A stretch of 64,000 bases of DNA from Oscillospiraceae bacterium (GTDB lineage Bacteria > Bacillota > Clostridia > UBA1212 > SIG427): positions 2,033 through 66,032 of the forward strand of contig SVJE01000009.1 of the NCBI GenBank assembly GCA_015069135.1, read 5' to 3'. Of the stretch, positions 1-9,993 are shown piece by piece; the first letter of the stretch is position 1, and each line of letters starts with the position of its first letter. The translations under genes were made by a program, and so were the position numbers. The notes under the pieces are model-generated. The model did no database searches and was not told where the DNA came from. It saw nothing but the letters and a program-made list of their open reading frames with translations.

Positions 1-728
1 CTTCCTTCCGACTTAACCTGGTATTCACCACTTTCAAGATTTTCTTTGTTAAGACCTATAAGTATCTCATGTTCTTCTGCAACATAATTCTGGTCATAAC
101 TTACAGCCGGAAGTGTGCAACCGGTTTTTTCTTTAATAACATTTACAAAAGCATTTATCGTTTTGTCGCTGACACTATTCCCGTAAACAAGTCTATATTG
201 ACTTATACTATTCTCTATAATACTCATATTCTCACTTTCCGCTTTTGCGTATAAATCATATTTATTGACAAAATATCCTTTTACAACCATATAATCGGAG
301 CTTGATATCCTACCGTTATCATCTATATCAGCTGCAGCAAGTATAATATCCTCAACCGAAGTTTCAGTGTACTTTTTCATCATAAAGTAATCTACAGTTG
401 TTACTCTGCCATCTCCGGAAACGTCACCCTTTATAACTATTTGAGCTTCAGCAGACTTTACATTGTTTATATACTTAGTTACTACAGCGCCGGTGGCAAT
501 TGAATCCACCACAACATTTTGACCATACGCAAGATTAGACAGAAATACGTCAACTGAAGTTTTTTCTGTAACACCGCATATATATTCTTTTTCGTTCAGG
601 TAATACCCTGAGTCCTGTAAAAATTCCACACTGCCTTTTTGTGTATCAGTAGCAAAAATATCTATCAACGAAAACAAAGCTATAGTTGCGATTAACACTA
701 TAAAAAAACACAGACCCCTCTTAAACAT
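1..728 (-). CDS. Secreted protein with N-terminal dockerin domain (partial, runs off window start; not in ORF track)
   Basis: Own translation from ATG at 728 (SD AAGGTG): MFKRGLCFFIVLIATIALFSLIDIFA signal peptide, then duplicated Ca-binding dockerin motifs GDVSGDGRVTTVDY and ADIDDNGRISSSDY; frame open to window edge. Confidence 0.85.
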   Translation of the reverse strand, partial: MFKRGLCFFIVLIATIALFSLIDIFATDTQKGSVEFLQDSGYYLNEKEYICGVTEKTSVDVFLSNLAYGQNVVVDSIATGAVVTKYINNVKSAEAQIVIKGDVSGDGRVTTVDYFMMKKYTETSVEDIILAAADIDDNGRISSSDYMVVKGYFVNKYDLYAKAESENMSIIENSISQYRLVYGNSVSDKTINAFVNVIKEKTGCTLPAVSYDQNYVAEEHEILIGLNKENLESGEYQVKSEG

Positions 729-792
729 TGAAATCACCTTCCGACTCTTATTTGCTGATTTGATTGTATCACTTTTTTATGTGTTAGTCCAT

Positions 793-825
793 AAAAAAAA
801 CTGACCCGGCTTAAGCCAGGCCAGT
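793..825 (-). terminator. Probable intrinsic terminator after pyrE
   Basis: Imperfect GC stem CTGACCCGGC-TTAA-GCCAGGCCAG followed by a T8 run on minus strand. Confidence 0.6.
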
Positions 826-844
826 AATAAGTAATTTTATCTTA

Positions 845-1477
845 TCAAAGTTCCATCCAGGAAGGATCTGAAGGATTACTTCTGAATGCACGAAGTTTCT
901 TTTCCTGCTCAGGAAGAATATAATTTTCCTCAATAGCAGCCTCAATAAGAGCGTCGTAGTTAGAAAGAGATACATTCTTAACCTCTGCTTCTGCAAGTCT
1001 CTTTAAGCCTTTTTCGAGGCCGTAAGTAAATATTGAAGCTATGCCAAGAACTTCTGCACCTGCTTCACGAAGAACATTTACAACATCAATACAGGAACCG
1101 CCTGTGGAAATAAGGTCTTCAACAACCACCACTTTTGTACCAGGATCAACTTTACCTTCAATTTGGTTGTTTCTTCCGTGATCTTTTGCAGAACCTCTTA
1201 CATAAGCCATAGGCAAATCAAGAATATCTGCAACCAAAGCTGCATGAGCAATACCTGCTGTAGATGTACCTGCAACCAACTCACATTCCGGATAGTACTT
1301 CTTAATATTTTCAGCAATGCCCGCCTCTACAATCTTTCTTGTTTCGGGATAAGAAAGAATCAATCTGTTATCACAATAGATAGGAGATTTAATTCCACTT
1401 GCCCATGTAAAAGGATTTTCAGGACTTAAAAACACTGCTTTAATTTTTAATAATTCTTTTGCTGTTGTTTTTTCCAT
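845..1477 (-). CDS. pyrE: Orotate phosphoribosyltransferase
   Basis: [23 protein letters not shown] and PRPP-binding [12 protein letters not shown] motifs. Confidence 0.97.
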   Translation of the reverse strand: MEKTTAKELLKIKAVFLSPENPFTWASGIKSPIYCDNRLILSYPETRKIVEAGIAENIKKYYPECELVAGTSTAGIAHAALVADILDLPMAYVRGSAKDHGRNNQIEGKVDPGTKVVVVEDLISTGGSCIDVVNVLREAGAEVLGIASIFTYGLEKGLKRLAEAEVKNVSLSNYDALIEAAIEENYILPEQEKKLRAFRSNPSDPSWMEL

Positions 1478-1496
1478 TTTTGTTTTCCTCCATTAA

Positions 1497-2363
1497 TTAC
1501 TCAGCTTTCAATATTTCAAGTTTGTTATATGGAATAGACAGATTATTATCAGCAAAAGCTTCTAATACGCACTGTCTGATTTCTCTTTCAACTACTACCT
1601 GATCAGGTTTCTTCACTTTTGCAACTATTCTCAATACTATAGCGGAATCAGCAAACTCTACAACACCGATAACAGTTGGCTTTTCAATAAGTTCAGCTTT
1701 CCCGGAAGAATATTTATCCATTGCTTTTTCAAGAACAGAAGTTACTTCTTCCACTGTATTCTCATAAGGCATAGGTACGTCTACCACAGCTGCCACAGCA
1801 CCTCTTGTATAGTTTGTTACGTTTGTAATATTTCCGTTTGGAATAGTATGCAACTCGCCGGAAACTGCTCTTAATTTTGTAGTACGAAGCTGCATATCTT
1901 CAACAACACCTGTAAGACCTGCAACAGTAATAACATCTCCTATCTGAATCTGTCCCTCAAAGATAAGGAACAAACCGCTGAAAAAATCTTTAATAAGACT
2001 CTGAGCGCCAAAACCAATTGCAACACCACCAATACCGGCTGTTGCAAGTAGTGAGGAAACTGTCTTACCAAGACCTACTGCACTGAGTATTGCACAAATA
2101 GCCACAAACCATACCACAATCTTACCAATATATACTATTAAAGATTGTATCGTTTCCAGACGTTTTCTGTCTTTATTATGTTTCTCAATATTTTTTGCAA
2201 ACACGGTTGTAATTATTTTGGTTACAACAGAAACCACTATTTTAGTAACAACCAAGATTATAACAATATCTAAAACAGCTGTCAGAACACCATAAAAGCC
2301 GCCTAAAGTGCCGGATAAAATCTCTTCAAATTTAGGTATAAGGGAAATAATACTCTTAGTCAT
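1497..2363 (-). CDS. mscS: Small-conductance mechanosensitive channel
   Basis: GIGGVAIGFGAQSLIKDFFSG TM3 motif, GDVI...G.VE...LRTT, IPNG; start trimmed to MTKS (SD AGGAG). Confidence 0.9.
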   Translation of the reverse strand: MTKSIISLIPKFEEILSGTLGGFYGVLTAVLDIVIILVVTKIVVSVVTKIITTVFAKNIEKHNKDRKRLETIQSLIVYIGKIVVWFVAICAILSAVGLGKTVSSLLATAGIGGVAIGFGAQSLIKDFFSGLFLIFEGQIQIGDVITVAGLTGVVEDMQLRTTKLRAVSGELHTIPNGNITNVTNYTRGAVAAVVDVPMPYENTVEEVTSVLEKAMDKYSSGKAELIEKPTVIGVVEFADSAIVLRIVAKVKKPDQVVVEREIRQCVLEAFADNNLSIPYNKLEILKAE

Positions 2364-2476
2364 AAAAGCTCTCCTTTTGCATATATATATTTTTTTGTAT
2401 TGTAACATAGGCAACAACAAAATGCAAAAAAGAACAGTGTTACATTATTCATAATATCAATGTAGCAGCAACCATT

Positions 2477-3511
2477 TCACAACTTTTTAAATATAATTTT
2501 TCGCTTTAATGTAACACTGTAATTATACTCCCCTCCAAAGCATATAGTCTGCTTTGGAAACACTTCCACCTCCTCTCCCGAGGCAAGCCTTTTTCCATCC
2601 ACATACGTACCATTTGTTGAAAAAAGATCGCGGACAAAAAGACTTTCTCCATTTTGTATAATCACTGCATGTCGGCGGCTTATTATCAGATTATCAATAT
2701 AATAATCAGCCCATTTTTCATCCCGCCCTACAGTAATTTCCTCCTTATCCATACCAGGTCCATCCTTCAGATAGCAAAATTTGTATATTTGCAGAAATTC
2801 AAGTTTAACGGGAGCCGTTAATAAAACTGCTGCAACTGAAGAAATCAACCATAACAACCATATTATAAGGCTATCTGAAACTATCCAAAAAGCTATTGCA
2901 ACTACAGAAGAACACCCTACGGCAATAACAAAGTTCTTCCATTCACGAAACATTTTTACCTTTGGTACAATTTCAGTAACAAACCCCGGGAAAGGTTCTT
3001 CCGTTTCTTCCCAAATTCCTATTTTTTCGACAGCGTTCTCGATGCAATCAAACACTTCTGAATTATCCGAAGAACATTGTATCAGTAAAATCATAAGCAT
3101 ATCCCTTACTGAATTATTATATTTGTTAAGTTTTGCTCCCGGAAGATATATAAATTCCATATTACTATCGGGACTATCCATAAATATTGCATCATAGTCA
3201 AAAAGAAAATTGTAAAACGATAAATTTGATTGCGCTGAAAGTCTCCATAATTCCTGTAAAGAATATAGCAAGTTACAAATCAAATTCTTGTCAATTTTTT
3301 CTGATTTCAGATAGTCTTTAACAGAAATTTTTCCTCGTATATGCAGTCCGTATCCATCTGCTTCTTTGGTTATCCCCCCCGGAATATATGTATATGCACC
3401 TATTTTTTCAACTTTTTCAAAAGATTCTTTAATCTGTAAGCCTGAGAATGAAGATTTTACCCTGATACGAAGACCTTTTCGTTCTCTGTTTAATACATAT
3501 TCTTTGTCCAT
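2477..3511 (-). CDS. Membrane protein with N-terminal DUF6382-like region and C-terminal FHA domain (Tad-locus associated)
   Basis: FHA motifs VGRD, ISRRHA, DLFSTNGTYVDG; two TM segments; FIYLP motif in N-terminal part. Confidence 0.8.
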   Translation of the reverse strand: MDKEYVLNRERKGLRIRVKSSFSGLQIKESFEKVEKIGAYTYIPGGITKEADGYGLHIRGKISVKDYLKSEKIDKNLICNLLYSLQELWRLSAQSNLSFYNFLFDYDAIFMDSPDSNMEFIYLPGAKLNKYNNSVRDMLMILLIQCSSDNSEVFDCIENAVEKIGIWEETEEPFPGFVTEIVPKVKMFREWKNFVIAVGCSSVVAIAFWIVSDSLIIWLLWLISSVAAVLLTAPVKLEFLQIYKFCYLKDGPGMDKEEITVGRDEKWADYYIDNLIISRRHAVIIQNGESLFVRDLFSTNGTYVDGKRLASGEEVEVFPKQTICFGGEYNYSVTLKRKIIFKKL

Positions 3512-3514
3512 AAA

Positions 3515-3691
3515 TCACAGTCCCGAAACCGCAGAACCTGCATTCTGCTCTATTTTACTGAAAATATCCTTTGCCAAATCTATAATAAATTCCTTAAATA
3601 TCAAAGCCAGTGCCACAAGTACTGCAATGATAATTACAACCTCGATAGTTCCCATACCTTTACAATCCTTAATAAATCGGCTAAACAACAT
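3515..3691 (-). CDS. flp: Flp-type (type IVc) pilin
   Basis: Class III signal KG|MGTIE with Glu at +5 followed by hydrophobic helix; 58 aa; downstream of tadC. Confidence 0.85.
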   Translation of the reverse strand: MLFSRFIKDCKGMGTIEVVIIIAVLVALALIFKEFIIDLAKDIFSKIEQNAGSAVSGL

Positions 3692-3716
3692 AAGTGTCCA
3701 CATCCTTTCTGTAAAA

Positions 3717-4406
3717 TCAAACCACATTAAGCATCATCATAGCCGGTGCAAACAACATGAGAAGTATGGCTAAAAACACCATTGCCGACGGAATCAACAA
3801 CAGATTTGAAACCCTGTTTCCCATTTCTTCTGCCATAGCTTTTCTTTCTTGTCTGCACAGATTACTTTGAAGTCTTAACACTGAAGCCAACTCCTTCTCT
3901 CCTTTTTTGGAATTTTGCACAATAGAACTTACCACCGCACTGACAGCCGGAATCTTTAATTCTTCCGCCAAAAGTTGAAGCAGAATTTCCGGATTTCCGT
4001 TTACATCCATCCCTATATTTTTTGCAAAAATCTGTCGCATTCTTTTGCATATAAGAGATTCTCCCATACCAGAAGCACATTCCACTGCATACCATAAAGG
4101 TTGTCCTGCTTCCAGAATCAATGCCACAACATCAATAAAATCCGGGATTCCCAGTTTATACTCCATTTTTCTTTCTTTGCTTTTTTGTACCAGAAGCATT
4201 TCCGGAACCGGCCATATAAGTCCCCAGGTTAGAATCACCATGCCGACGCATCCTGTCAATTTTACACCTATCGCATAACCCAATATCGGTAAAATTACTA
4301 TCAATGGCGATAAAACCTTTTTCAAGGACTGTCTTTTTTTCATAATTGTTTCTGCCGTTAATTTTCCGTACAAGAAAACATACAGTTCTTTTTTCATAAA
4401 CTTCAT
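3717..4406 (-). CDS. tadC: TadC-like type II secretion system F-family membrane protein
   Basis: PDFIDVVALILEAG motif, C-terminal LLIP TM; follows tadB. Confidence 0.8.
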   Translation of the reverse strand: MKFMKKELYVFLYGKLTAETIMKKRQSLKKVLSPLIVILPILGYAIGVKLTGCVGMVILTWGLIWPVPEMLLVQKSKERKMEYKLGIPDFIDVVALILEAGQPLWYAVECASGMGESLICKRMRQIFAKNIGMDVNGNPEILLQLLAEELKIPAVSAVVSSIVQNSKKGEKELASVLRLQSNLCRQERKAMAEEMGNRVSNLLLIPSAMVFLAILLMLFAPAMMMLNVV

Positions 4407-4427
4407 ATTCTTTCCTCTTCTTCATTT

Positions 4428-5174
4428 TTAAAACCTCGTTTTACCTATTTTCTCTCCCAACAACCAGGAGCCCGCTATAAGCACAGCAACCGCAACCATA
4501 ATCCCTCTACCGGGCCAAGAGTACAATGATTTTATGTATTCCGGAGACATTGTTTTTAAGATAAAAACAAAAGCAAATGGCATTACAGACATTATTCGGT
4601 GATTCATTTTAGGCGCTGACAATATTCTCTTTATTTCCATCTCTGTATCTTGTTTAAGTCTCAACGCACCCACACCACTTTGAAGAAGCCTTATTACATT
4701 TCCGCCTACTTCCGACGTACAGGCTAAAGCTGCCGCAATCTTTTTAATATCTTCGCTTCCACTTCTGACAGCAAAAGCCGAAAATGCATCCCTGCTGTCA
4801 TAATTAAGGCAAATCATACGATCTATAATGTAGTACTCTTTTTTCATGATGCTTTCCTCAGAAGACACTGAATCTGCCACTTCCCTGAATACATTTTCAA
4901 AAGTTGTGCCTCCGGCTAAAGCGGCCACAGTAAGTTGCATAAACCGGCAAAATTCTTCCTCCAAAGAATTAATGCGTCTATCTCTTAAATATGCAGATAG
5001 TTTTTTATAAAACAGCGGAAGTAATACCAAACCCAATACAACACCAAGCCACCATATATCAAACATTAACTCTATCACCAGGACAGCCCCTATAACAAAA
5101 ACACTTCCATACAACAACAGCTCTTTTTTATTCAATCTATATTTTCTGTAATCAGTATATTTTTCTTTTCTCAT
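4428..5174 (-). CDS. tadB: TadB-like type II secretion system F-family membrane protein
   Basis: ALAGG.TFEN, GGN motif, TM ends; overlaps cpaF stop. Confidence 0.8.
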   Translation of the reverse strand: MRKEKYTDYRKYRLNKKELLLYGSVFVIGAVLVIELMFDIWWLGVVLGLVLLPLFYKKLSAYLRDRRINSLEEEFCRFMQLTVAALAGGTTFENVFREVADSVSSEESIMKKEYYIIDRMICLNYDSRDAFSAFAVRSGSEDIKKIAAALACTSEVGGNVIRLLQSGVGALRLKQDTEMEIKRILSAPKMNHRIMSVMPFAFVFILKTMSPEYIKSLYSWPGRGIMVAVAVLIAGSWLLGEKIGKTRF

Positions 5175-6343
5175 GATAATTGTCGCTCCGTTTTATGTTT
5201 CTTCTTTGTAAGAGTACCAACTCTTATACCCTGCCGAAATAAACAATTAAGGACAACCTGGCCATTTGAATATTCAGCCACTTCCGATATTTCATGTACA
5301 TACCTTTTCATATTTTTGTCTCTTTTCAGTTGAACAATCAGGTCAACGCCCATAGCAATCTGTCTTCTTACCGCTTCACTGCTGATGTGACCTTCCCACA
5401 AGGCCATAGTTTCTAATCTTACAATCATATCCCCTGTTGAATTTGCATGACCCGTAGACATGGACCCATCATGTCCTGTACATAATGCCTGTAACATATC
5501 CAGAGCACTTTCATCTCTTACCTCGCCAATGATTATACGATCGGGTCTCATTCTTAAAGAAGATTTTATAAGCTGTCTCATGGTTACCCCGCCCACGCCT
5601 TCAGCATTGGGATTTTTTGTTTCAAGTCTGACTATATTTTTGTTGTTAAGTCTCAACTCCGCTGAATCTTCAATTGTTATAACCCGCTCATCTGCCGGTA
5701 TAAAATCAGATAGCATATTGAGAAAAGTTGTTTTACCGGTAGATGTACCGCCTGACACAAAAATATTCATGCCACAGACAACCATCTGTTTAAGAAATTC
5801 AGCTTCTTTCCCGGTCATAGTTCCGGACGAAACCATATCTTCAGCCGTAAAATTGTGTTGAGGAAATTTGCGTATTGTAACCACAGGACCATTCAGAGCC
5901 ACCGGATACAAAACAGCATTAATGCGGGAACCATCATCCAGACGACCATCCACAATAGGGGAACTTTCATTGACAGTACGGTTAGACAAGGCAGCCATAG
6001 TCTTAATAACATTATAAAGACTGTCACGATTACGAAATCGCTCTCCTGTATTTATGATACGACCTGATTTTTCTATGTATATCTCGTCCGTACCATTAAT
6101 CATTATTTCATTAACTGATATATCCTCAAGGAAAGGTTGAATAACTCCATATCGTCTTCGTCCGTTAAAAATTCTTCTCACTATGTACAGTTTTTCTTCC
6201 TCTTTCAAAGACGTTCTTTCAAAGACTTTCTCTCCGCAAGCTTCTATAATCTCCTTTAGATTACTATCACTTATGTCATTTCCGGCATCAATTTTTTCAG
6301 TTACCTGTTTGTCAATTATGTCTGCGATATAGTCCAGATTCAT
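5171..6343 (-). CDS. cpaF: CpaF/TadA pilus assembly ATPase
   Basis: EIMING, DGSRINAV, Walker A GGTSTGKTT, TIEDSAEL, LRMRPDRIIIGEVR, TGH.GS.STGHAN. Confidence 0.95.
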   Translation of the reverse strand: MNLDYIADIIDKQVTEKIDAGNDISDSNLKEIIEACGEKVFERTSLKEEEKLYIVRRIFNGRRRYGVIQPFLEDISVNEIMINGTDEIYIEKSGRIINTGERFRNRDSLYNVIKTMAALSNRTVNESSPIVDGRLDDGSRINAVLYPVALNGPVVTIRKFPQHNFTAEDMVSSGTMTGKEAEFLKQMVVCGMNIFVSGGTSTGKTTFLNMLSDFIPADERVITIEDSAELRLNNKNIVRLETKNPNAEGVGGVTMRQLIKSSLRMRPDRIIIGEVRDESALDMLQALCTGHDGSMSTGHANSTGDMIVRLETMALWEGHISSEAVRRQIAMGVDLIVQLKRDKNMKRYVHEISEVAEYSNGQVVLNCLFRQGIRVGTLTKKKHKTERQLS

Positions 6344-6386
6344 GTAAAACCACCTCTTTTCTTTATTTAATTTTTAAGGTGGACAC

Positions 6387-6415
6387 ATGCTAACACTGTA
6401 AAAACCGGAGGTCAA
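6387..6415 (-). promoter_or_regulatory. Sigma-A-type promoter of the Tad operon
   Basis: TTGACC-17 bp-TAGCAT with extended TG. Confidence 0.6.
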
Positions 6416-6420
6416 TACTT

Positions 6421-7707
6421 TTAACACAGTAATGTTCCGACACTTTCCGATGGTTCCTGACATCGTTCGATATCTGCACCAAGTTTTTCGAGTTTTTCTG
6501 ACAGATTATGATATCCTCTGTCAATATGATTAAGACCAAAAATTTTTGTTTCTCCCCTGGCACATAAGGCACCTATCACAAGAGCGGCCCCGGCTCTTAA
6601 ATCTTTTGCTGTTACAGAAGCTCCCGTAAGATGGTTACAACCTTCAATTATGGCACTTCTGCCCTCAAGCCTTATGCCTGCCCCCATACGGCAAAGTTCT
6701 CCTATATGATTAAATCTGCTTTCAAAAACTGTTTCAGTTACAACCCCAGTCCCTGTGGTAGTAGACAAAAAAGCTGTAATCTGGGCCTGTAAATCCGTTG
6801 GAAATCCCGGATAAGGCAAAGTCTTTACATCTACCGAATGAGCCTTTCTGTCGGATTCAACCTTTACAGAATTTATGCCTTCAGAAATTTTCACACCACT
6901 TTCCCGTAATTTTGCACAAATAGGTTGTAGTAAAAAAGGTTCTATTCCGGTTATTTCTACATTTCCTCCCGTTGCTGCAACTGCCAGCATATATGTTCCT
7001 GCTTCAATTCTATCCGGAAGAACACTGTGCACTGTGCCCTTTAGTTCCGACTGACCTTCTATAAGAATACACTCTGAATCAGGCATTTTAACCACCGCGC
7101 CCATTTTACAAAGAAGAGCTGCCAGGTCTCTCACCTCAGGCTCCTGGGCACAATTAAAAATCAAAGTCCGACCCTTGGCCAGACAAGCCGCCATCATAAT
7201 ATTTTCCGTAGCACCTACACTGGGAAAATCCAGATATATTTCAGCGCCATTAAGACCTGACGGTGCATATGCTTCCACGAAACCACTGTCAAAATTAATA
7301 CAGGCTCCCATTTTCTCAAAACCCTTAAGATGAAGATCAATAGGCCTGGTGCCGATGTTGCATCCACCGGGAAGAGAAATTTTCATTTTCCCGAATCTGG
7401 CCAGCATGGGACCGGCAAATAAAAAAGAAGTCCTAAGCTTACATGCACTTTCGTAAGGAATTGTTTTATTGGTAAAATACTGTCCATCCAATAAAAGGCT
7501 TCCTTTGTTATAATCACACAATCCCCCTGCCAACCTGCATATTGCCCCCATATTTCTCACATCTGAAAGATATGGCACATTAATTAATTTAACTGGTTCT
7601 TCGGTAAGCATTGCCGCTGCAATTTCAGGAAGGACAGCATTTTTTGCTCCTTCGGTCTTAATTGTTCCGTATAGTGGTTTTTCACCTTTAACTCTATAAA
7701 AATCCAT
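6421..7707 (-). CDS. murA: UDP-N-acetylglucosamine 1-carboxyvinyltransferase
   Basis: GAKNA, LPGGCNIGTRPIDLH (catalytic Cys present), SVGATEN, PDRIEAGT, PGFPTDLQ, DLRAGA. Confidence 0.97.
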   Translation of the reverse strand: MDFYRVKGEKPLYGTIKTEGAKNAVLPEIAAAMLTEEPVKLINVPYLSDVRNMGAICRLAGGLCDYNKGSLLLDGQYFTNKTIPYESACKLRTSFLFAGPMLARFGKMKISLPGGCNIGTRPIDLHLKGFEKMGACINFDSGFVEAYAPSGLNGAEIYLDFPSVGATENIMMAACLAKGRTLIFNCAQEPEVRDLAALLCKMGAVVKMPDSECILIEGQSELKGTVHSVLPDRIEAGTYMLAVAATGGNVEITGIEPFLLQPICAKLRESGVKISEGINSVKVESDRKAHSVDVKTLPYPGFPTDLQAQITAFLSTTTGTGVVTETVFESRFNHIGELCRMGAGIRLEGRSAIIEGCNHLTGASVTAKDLRAGAALVIGALCARGETKIFGLNHIDRGYHNLSEKLEKLGADIERCQEPSESVGTLLC

Positions 7708-7793
7708 AATAAAAAAGGTCCCTTCGGCATTTTAATCTGCCTTTATTATGGACCTTTTCTTTTTCAATAATTCTCTATAAAATTTTCCGTTTT

Positions 7794-8243
7794 TTATTCT
7801 TCAATTGTTTCTTCAGTATTTTCACCGTACTGTGATTTCATCATGTCTCTGATTTCAGCAAGCAAATCCTCTGTGGTAGGTTTTGCAGGAGCTGGCTCCG
7901 GAGCAGGTTCTTCTTTTTTCTTGTGAAGCTTTGAAATCAATTTCACAAATAAGAAAATTGAAATTGCAATCAGTAAGAAATCAATTACGTTCTGAATAAA
8001 AGCACCGTACAAAATAGCAGCTTCTTCTTTAACAATATTTCCTGCCGCATCAATTTCAGCAGGGCTCATAACCCATTTAAGTGTAGAAAAGTCCACACCA
8101 CCGGTTAACATACCCAGGGCAGGCATTACCAAATCATTTACAACAGATGTTACTATTTTACCAAAAGCACCACCTATAATAACACCCACAGCCATATCAA
8201 TTACATTACCTTTAAAAGCAAATTTTTTAAACTCTTGCCACAT
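7794..8243 (-). CDS. mscL: Large-conductance mechanosensitive channel
   Basis: [35 protein letters not shown]. Confidence 0.97.
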   Translation of the reverse strand: MWQEFKKFAFKGNVIDMAVGVIIGGAFGKIVTSVVNDLVMPALGMLTGGVDFSTLKWVMSPAEIDAAGNIVKEEAAILYGAFIQNVIDFLLIAISIFLFVKLISKLHKKKEEPAPEPAPAKPTTEDLLAEIRDMMKSQYGENTEETIEE

Positions 8244-8317
8244 AAAAAGCGCCTCCTAAACTTCATTCAATTGTGTTAATTATATATTAAAATAAAAACT
8301 GTGGCAATAAGGAAACC

Positions 8318-8346
8318 TTGACACCCCTCTTTCTCAGGAATATACT
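8318..8346 (+). promoter_or_regulatory. Sigma-A-type promoter of metal ABC genes
   Basis: TTGACA-17 bp-TATACT. Confidence 0.7.
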
Positions 8347-8362
8347 TAATCCTGGTGATAAA

Positions 8363-9091
8363 ATGTCTTTATTAACTTGCGAAAATTTAACATTGGCATA
8401 CAATAATGTGCCTGTAATTAAAAGCCTTGATTTTACCGTAAAACAAGGCGATTATCTTTGTATAGTCGGAGAAAACGGTTCCGGTAAGAGTACTTTGGTA
8501 AAGGCTCTTTTAGGACTTAAGAAGCCTTCTGAAGGTTCTATAGAATTTGCTAAAGACTTAACACAGAAAGAAATAGGATACCTTCCTCAGCACAAGGATA
8601 CAAATAATGACTTCCCCGCTTCTGTATGGGAGGTTGTTTTGTCCGGTTGTCTTAATCAGCGAGGATGGAAACCCTTTTACAGTAAATCACAAAAAAGCAT
8701 GGCCCTTGAAAACATCAGGAAACTTGACATCGAACACATAAAGAATAAATCTTTCAGAGAACTTTCAGGAGGACAACAACAAAGAGTTTTATTGGCAAGA
8801 GCCCTTTGTGCCACAAAAAAGCTTCTTCTTTTAGATGAACCTGTGGCAGGTCTCGATCCTGTTGTTACAACACAACTTTATAACATAATCAAAGAAATCA
8901 ACAACGAGGGAATTACAGTTGTTATGGTATCTCACGATATATCTGCTTCTGTAAAATACGCTTCTCACATACTGCACATAAACAACCAGGAAAAGTTTTT
9001 CGGAACTTCCTACGATTATCAGCACAGTGAACTTGGCCACGCCTTTCTTTGCGGATGTGACTGTCATAAGGAGGAACATGGTCATGAGTGA
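8363..9091 (+). CDS. znuC: Zn/Mn ABC transporter ATP-binding protein
   Basis: GENGSGKST, GYLPQ, LSGGQQQRV, LLDEP, VSHD; His/Cys-rich tail; start trimmed to MSLL. Confidence 0.85.
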   Translation: MSLLTCENLTLAYNNVPVIKSLDFTVKQGDYLCIVGENGSGKSTLVKALLGLKKPSEGSIEFAKDLTQKEIGYLPQHKDTNNDFPASVWEVVLSGCLNQRGWKPFYSKSQKSMALENIRKLDIEHIKNKSFRELSGGQQQRVLLARALCATKKLLLLDEPVAGLDPVVTTQLYNIIKEINNEGITVVMVSHDISASVKYASHILHINNQEKFFGTSYDYQHSELGHAFLCGCDCHKEEHGHE

Positions 9092-9896
9092 ACTTATTGA
9101 AATGTTATCCTTTCCTTTTATGCAAAAAGCCATAATAGCAGGTGCATTGGTTGCCCTGTGTGCAGCACTTCTTGGTGTAAGTCTGGTTCTTAAGCGCTAC
9201 TCCATGATAGGTGACGGACTTTCTCATGTTGGTTTTGGCGCTTTGGCACTGGCAGCAGTGCTTAATGCCACCCCTTTACTTATTGCAATACCTGTAGTTA
9301 TTGTGGCAGCTTTCCTTTTACTTCGAATAAAGGATTCATCAAAAATTAAAGGTGATGCAGCCATAGCTGTAATTTCCACAGGTGCTTTAGCAATCGGCGT
9401 ACTTTTGGTCTCCTTAAGTAACAGTGGAAACGTGGATTTAACTAACTACATGTTTGGTAGTATTCTTGCTATGACTGACAGTGACGTATGGCTAAGTATT
9501 ATACTTTCAATTGTAGTGTTAGCTGTATATATTATTCTTTACGGTAAAATTTTTGCCGTAACCTTTGATGAAACTTTTGCCAAGGCCACCGGTGTAAAAA
9601 CAAATGCCTATAACACTGTGCTTTCTGTACTTACTGCTGTAACCATTGTACTTGGCATGAGACTTATGGGTGCCATGCTTATTTCAGCCCTTATAATATT
9701 CCCACCTCTGACATCCATGCGAGTGTTCAGAAGTTTCCGCAGTGTAGTCATTTCATCTGCCGTAGTAGCAGTAGTAAACCTAGTTGCAGGAATTATTCTT
9801 TCATACTTTTTAGGACTTCCTACAGGAGCCTGTATCGTGTGTGTAAACATAGTAGCACTATTGATTTTTAGTTTGATCGGTAAAATTAAAAATTAA
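9084..9896 (+). CDS. znuB: Zn/Mn ABC transporter permease
   Basis: SMIGDGLSH, YMFGSIL, MRLMGAMLISAL; SD AGGAGG 9 nt upstream. Confidence 0.85.
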   Translation: MSELIEMLSFPFMQKAIIAGALVALCAALLGVSLVLKRYSMIGDGLSHVGFGALALAAVLNATPLLIAIPVVIVAAFLLLRIKDSSKIKGDAAIAVISTGALAIGVLLVSLSNSGNVDLTNYMFGSILAMTDSDVWLSIILSIVVLAVYIILYGKIFAVTFDETFAKATGVKTNAYNTVLSVLTAVTIVLGMRLMGAMLISALIIFPPLTSMRVFRSFRSVVISSAVVAVVNLVAGIILSYFLGLPTGACIVCVNIVALLIFSLIGKIKN

Positions 9897-9993
9897 CAAA
9901 AAAGCTAAACTTATTATATATTTTACTTTTTCTTTCATGTTAAACTGAATACAGTTTATTTTAGTTCTAAAAAAGAATATAGAGGTGGTCTTT

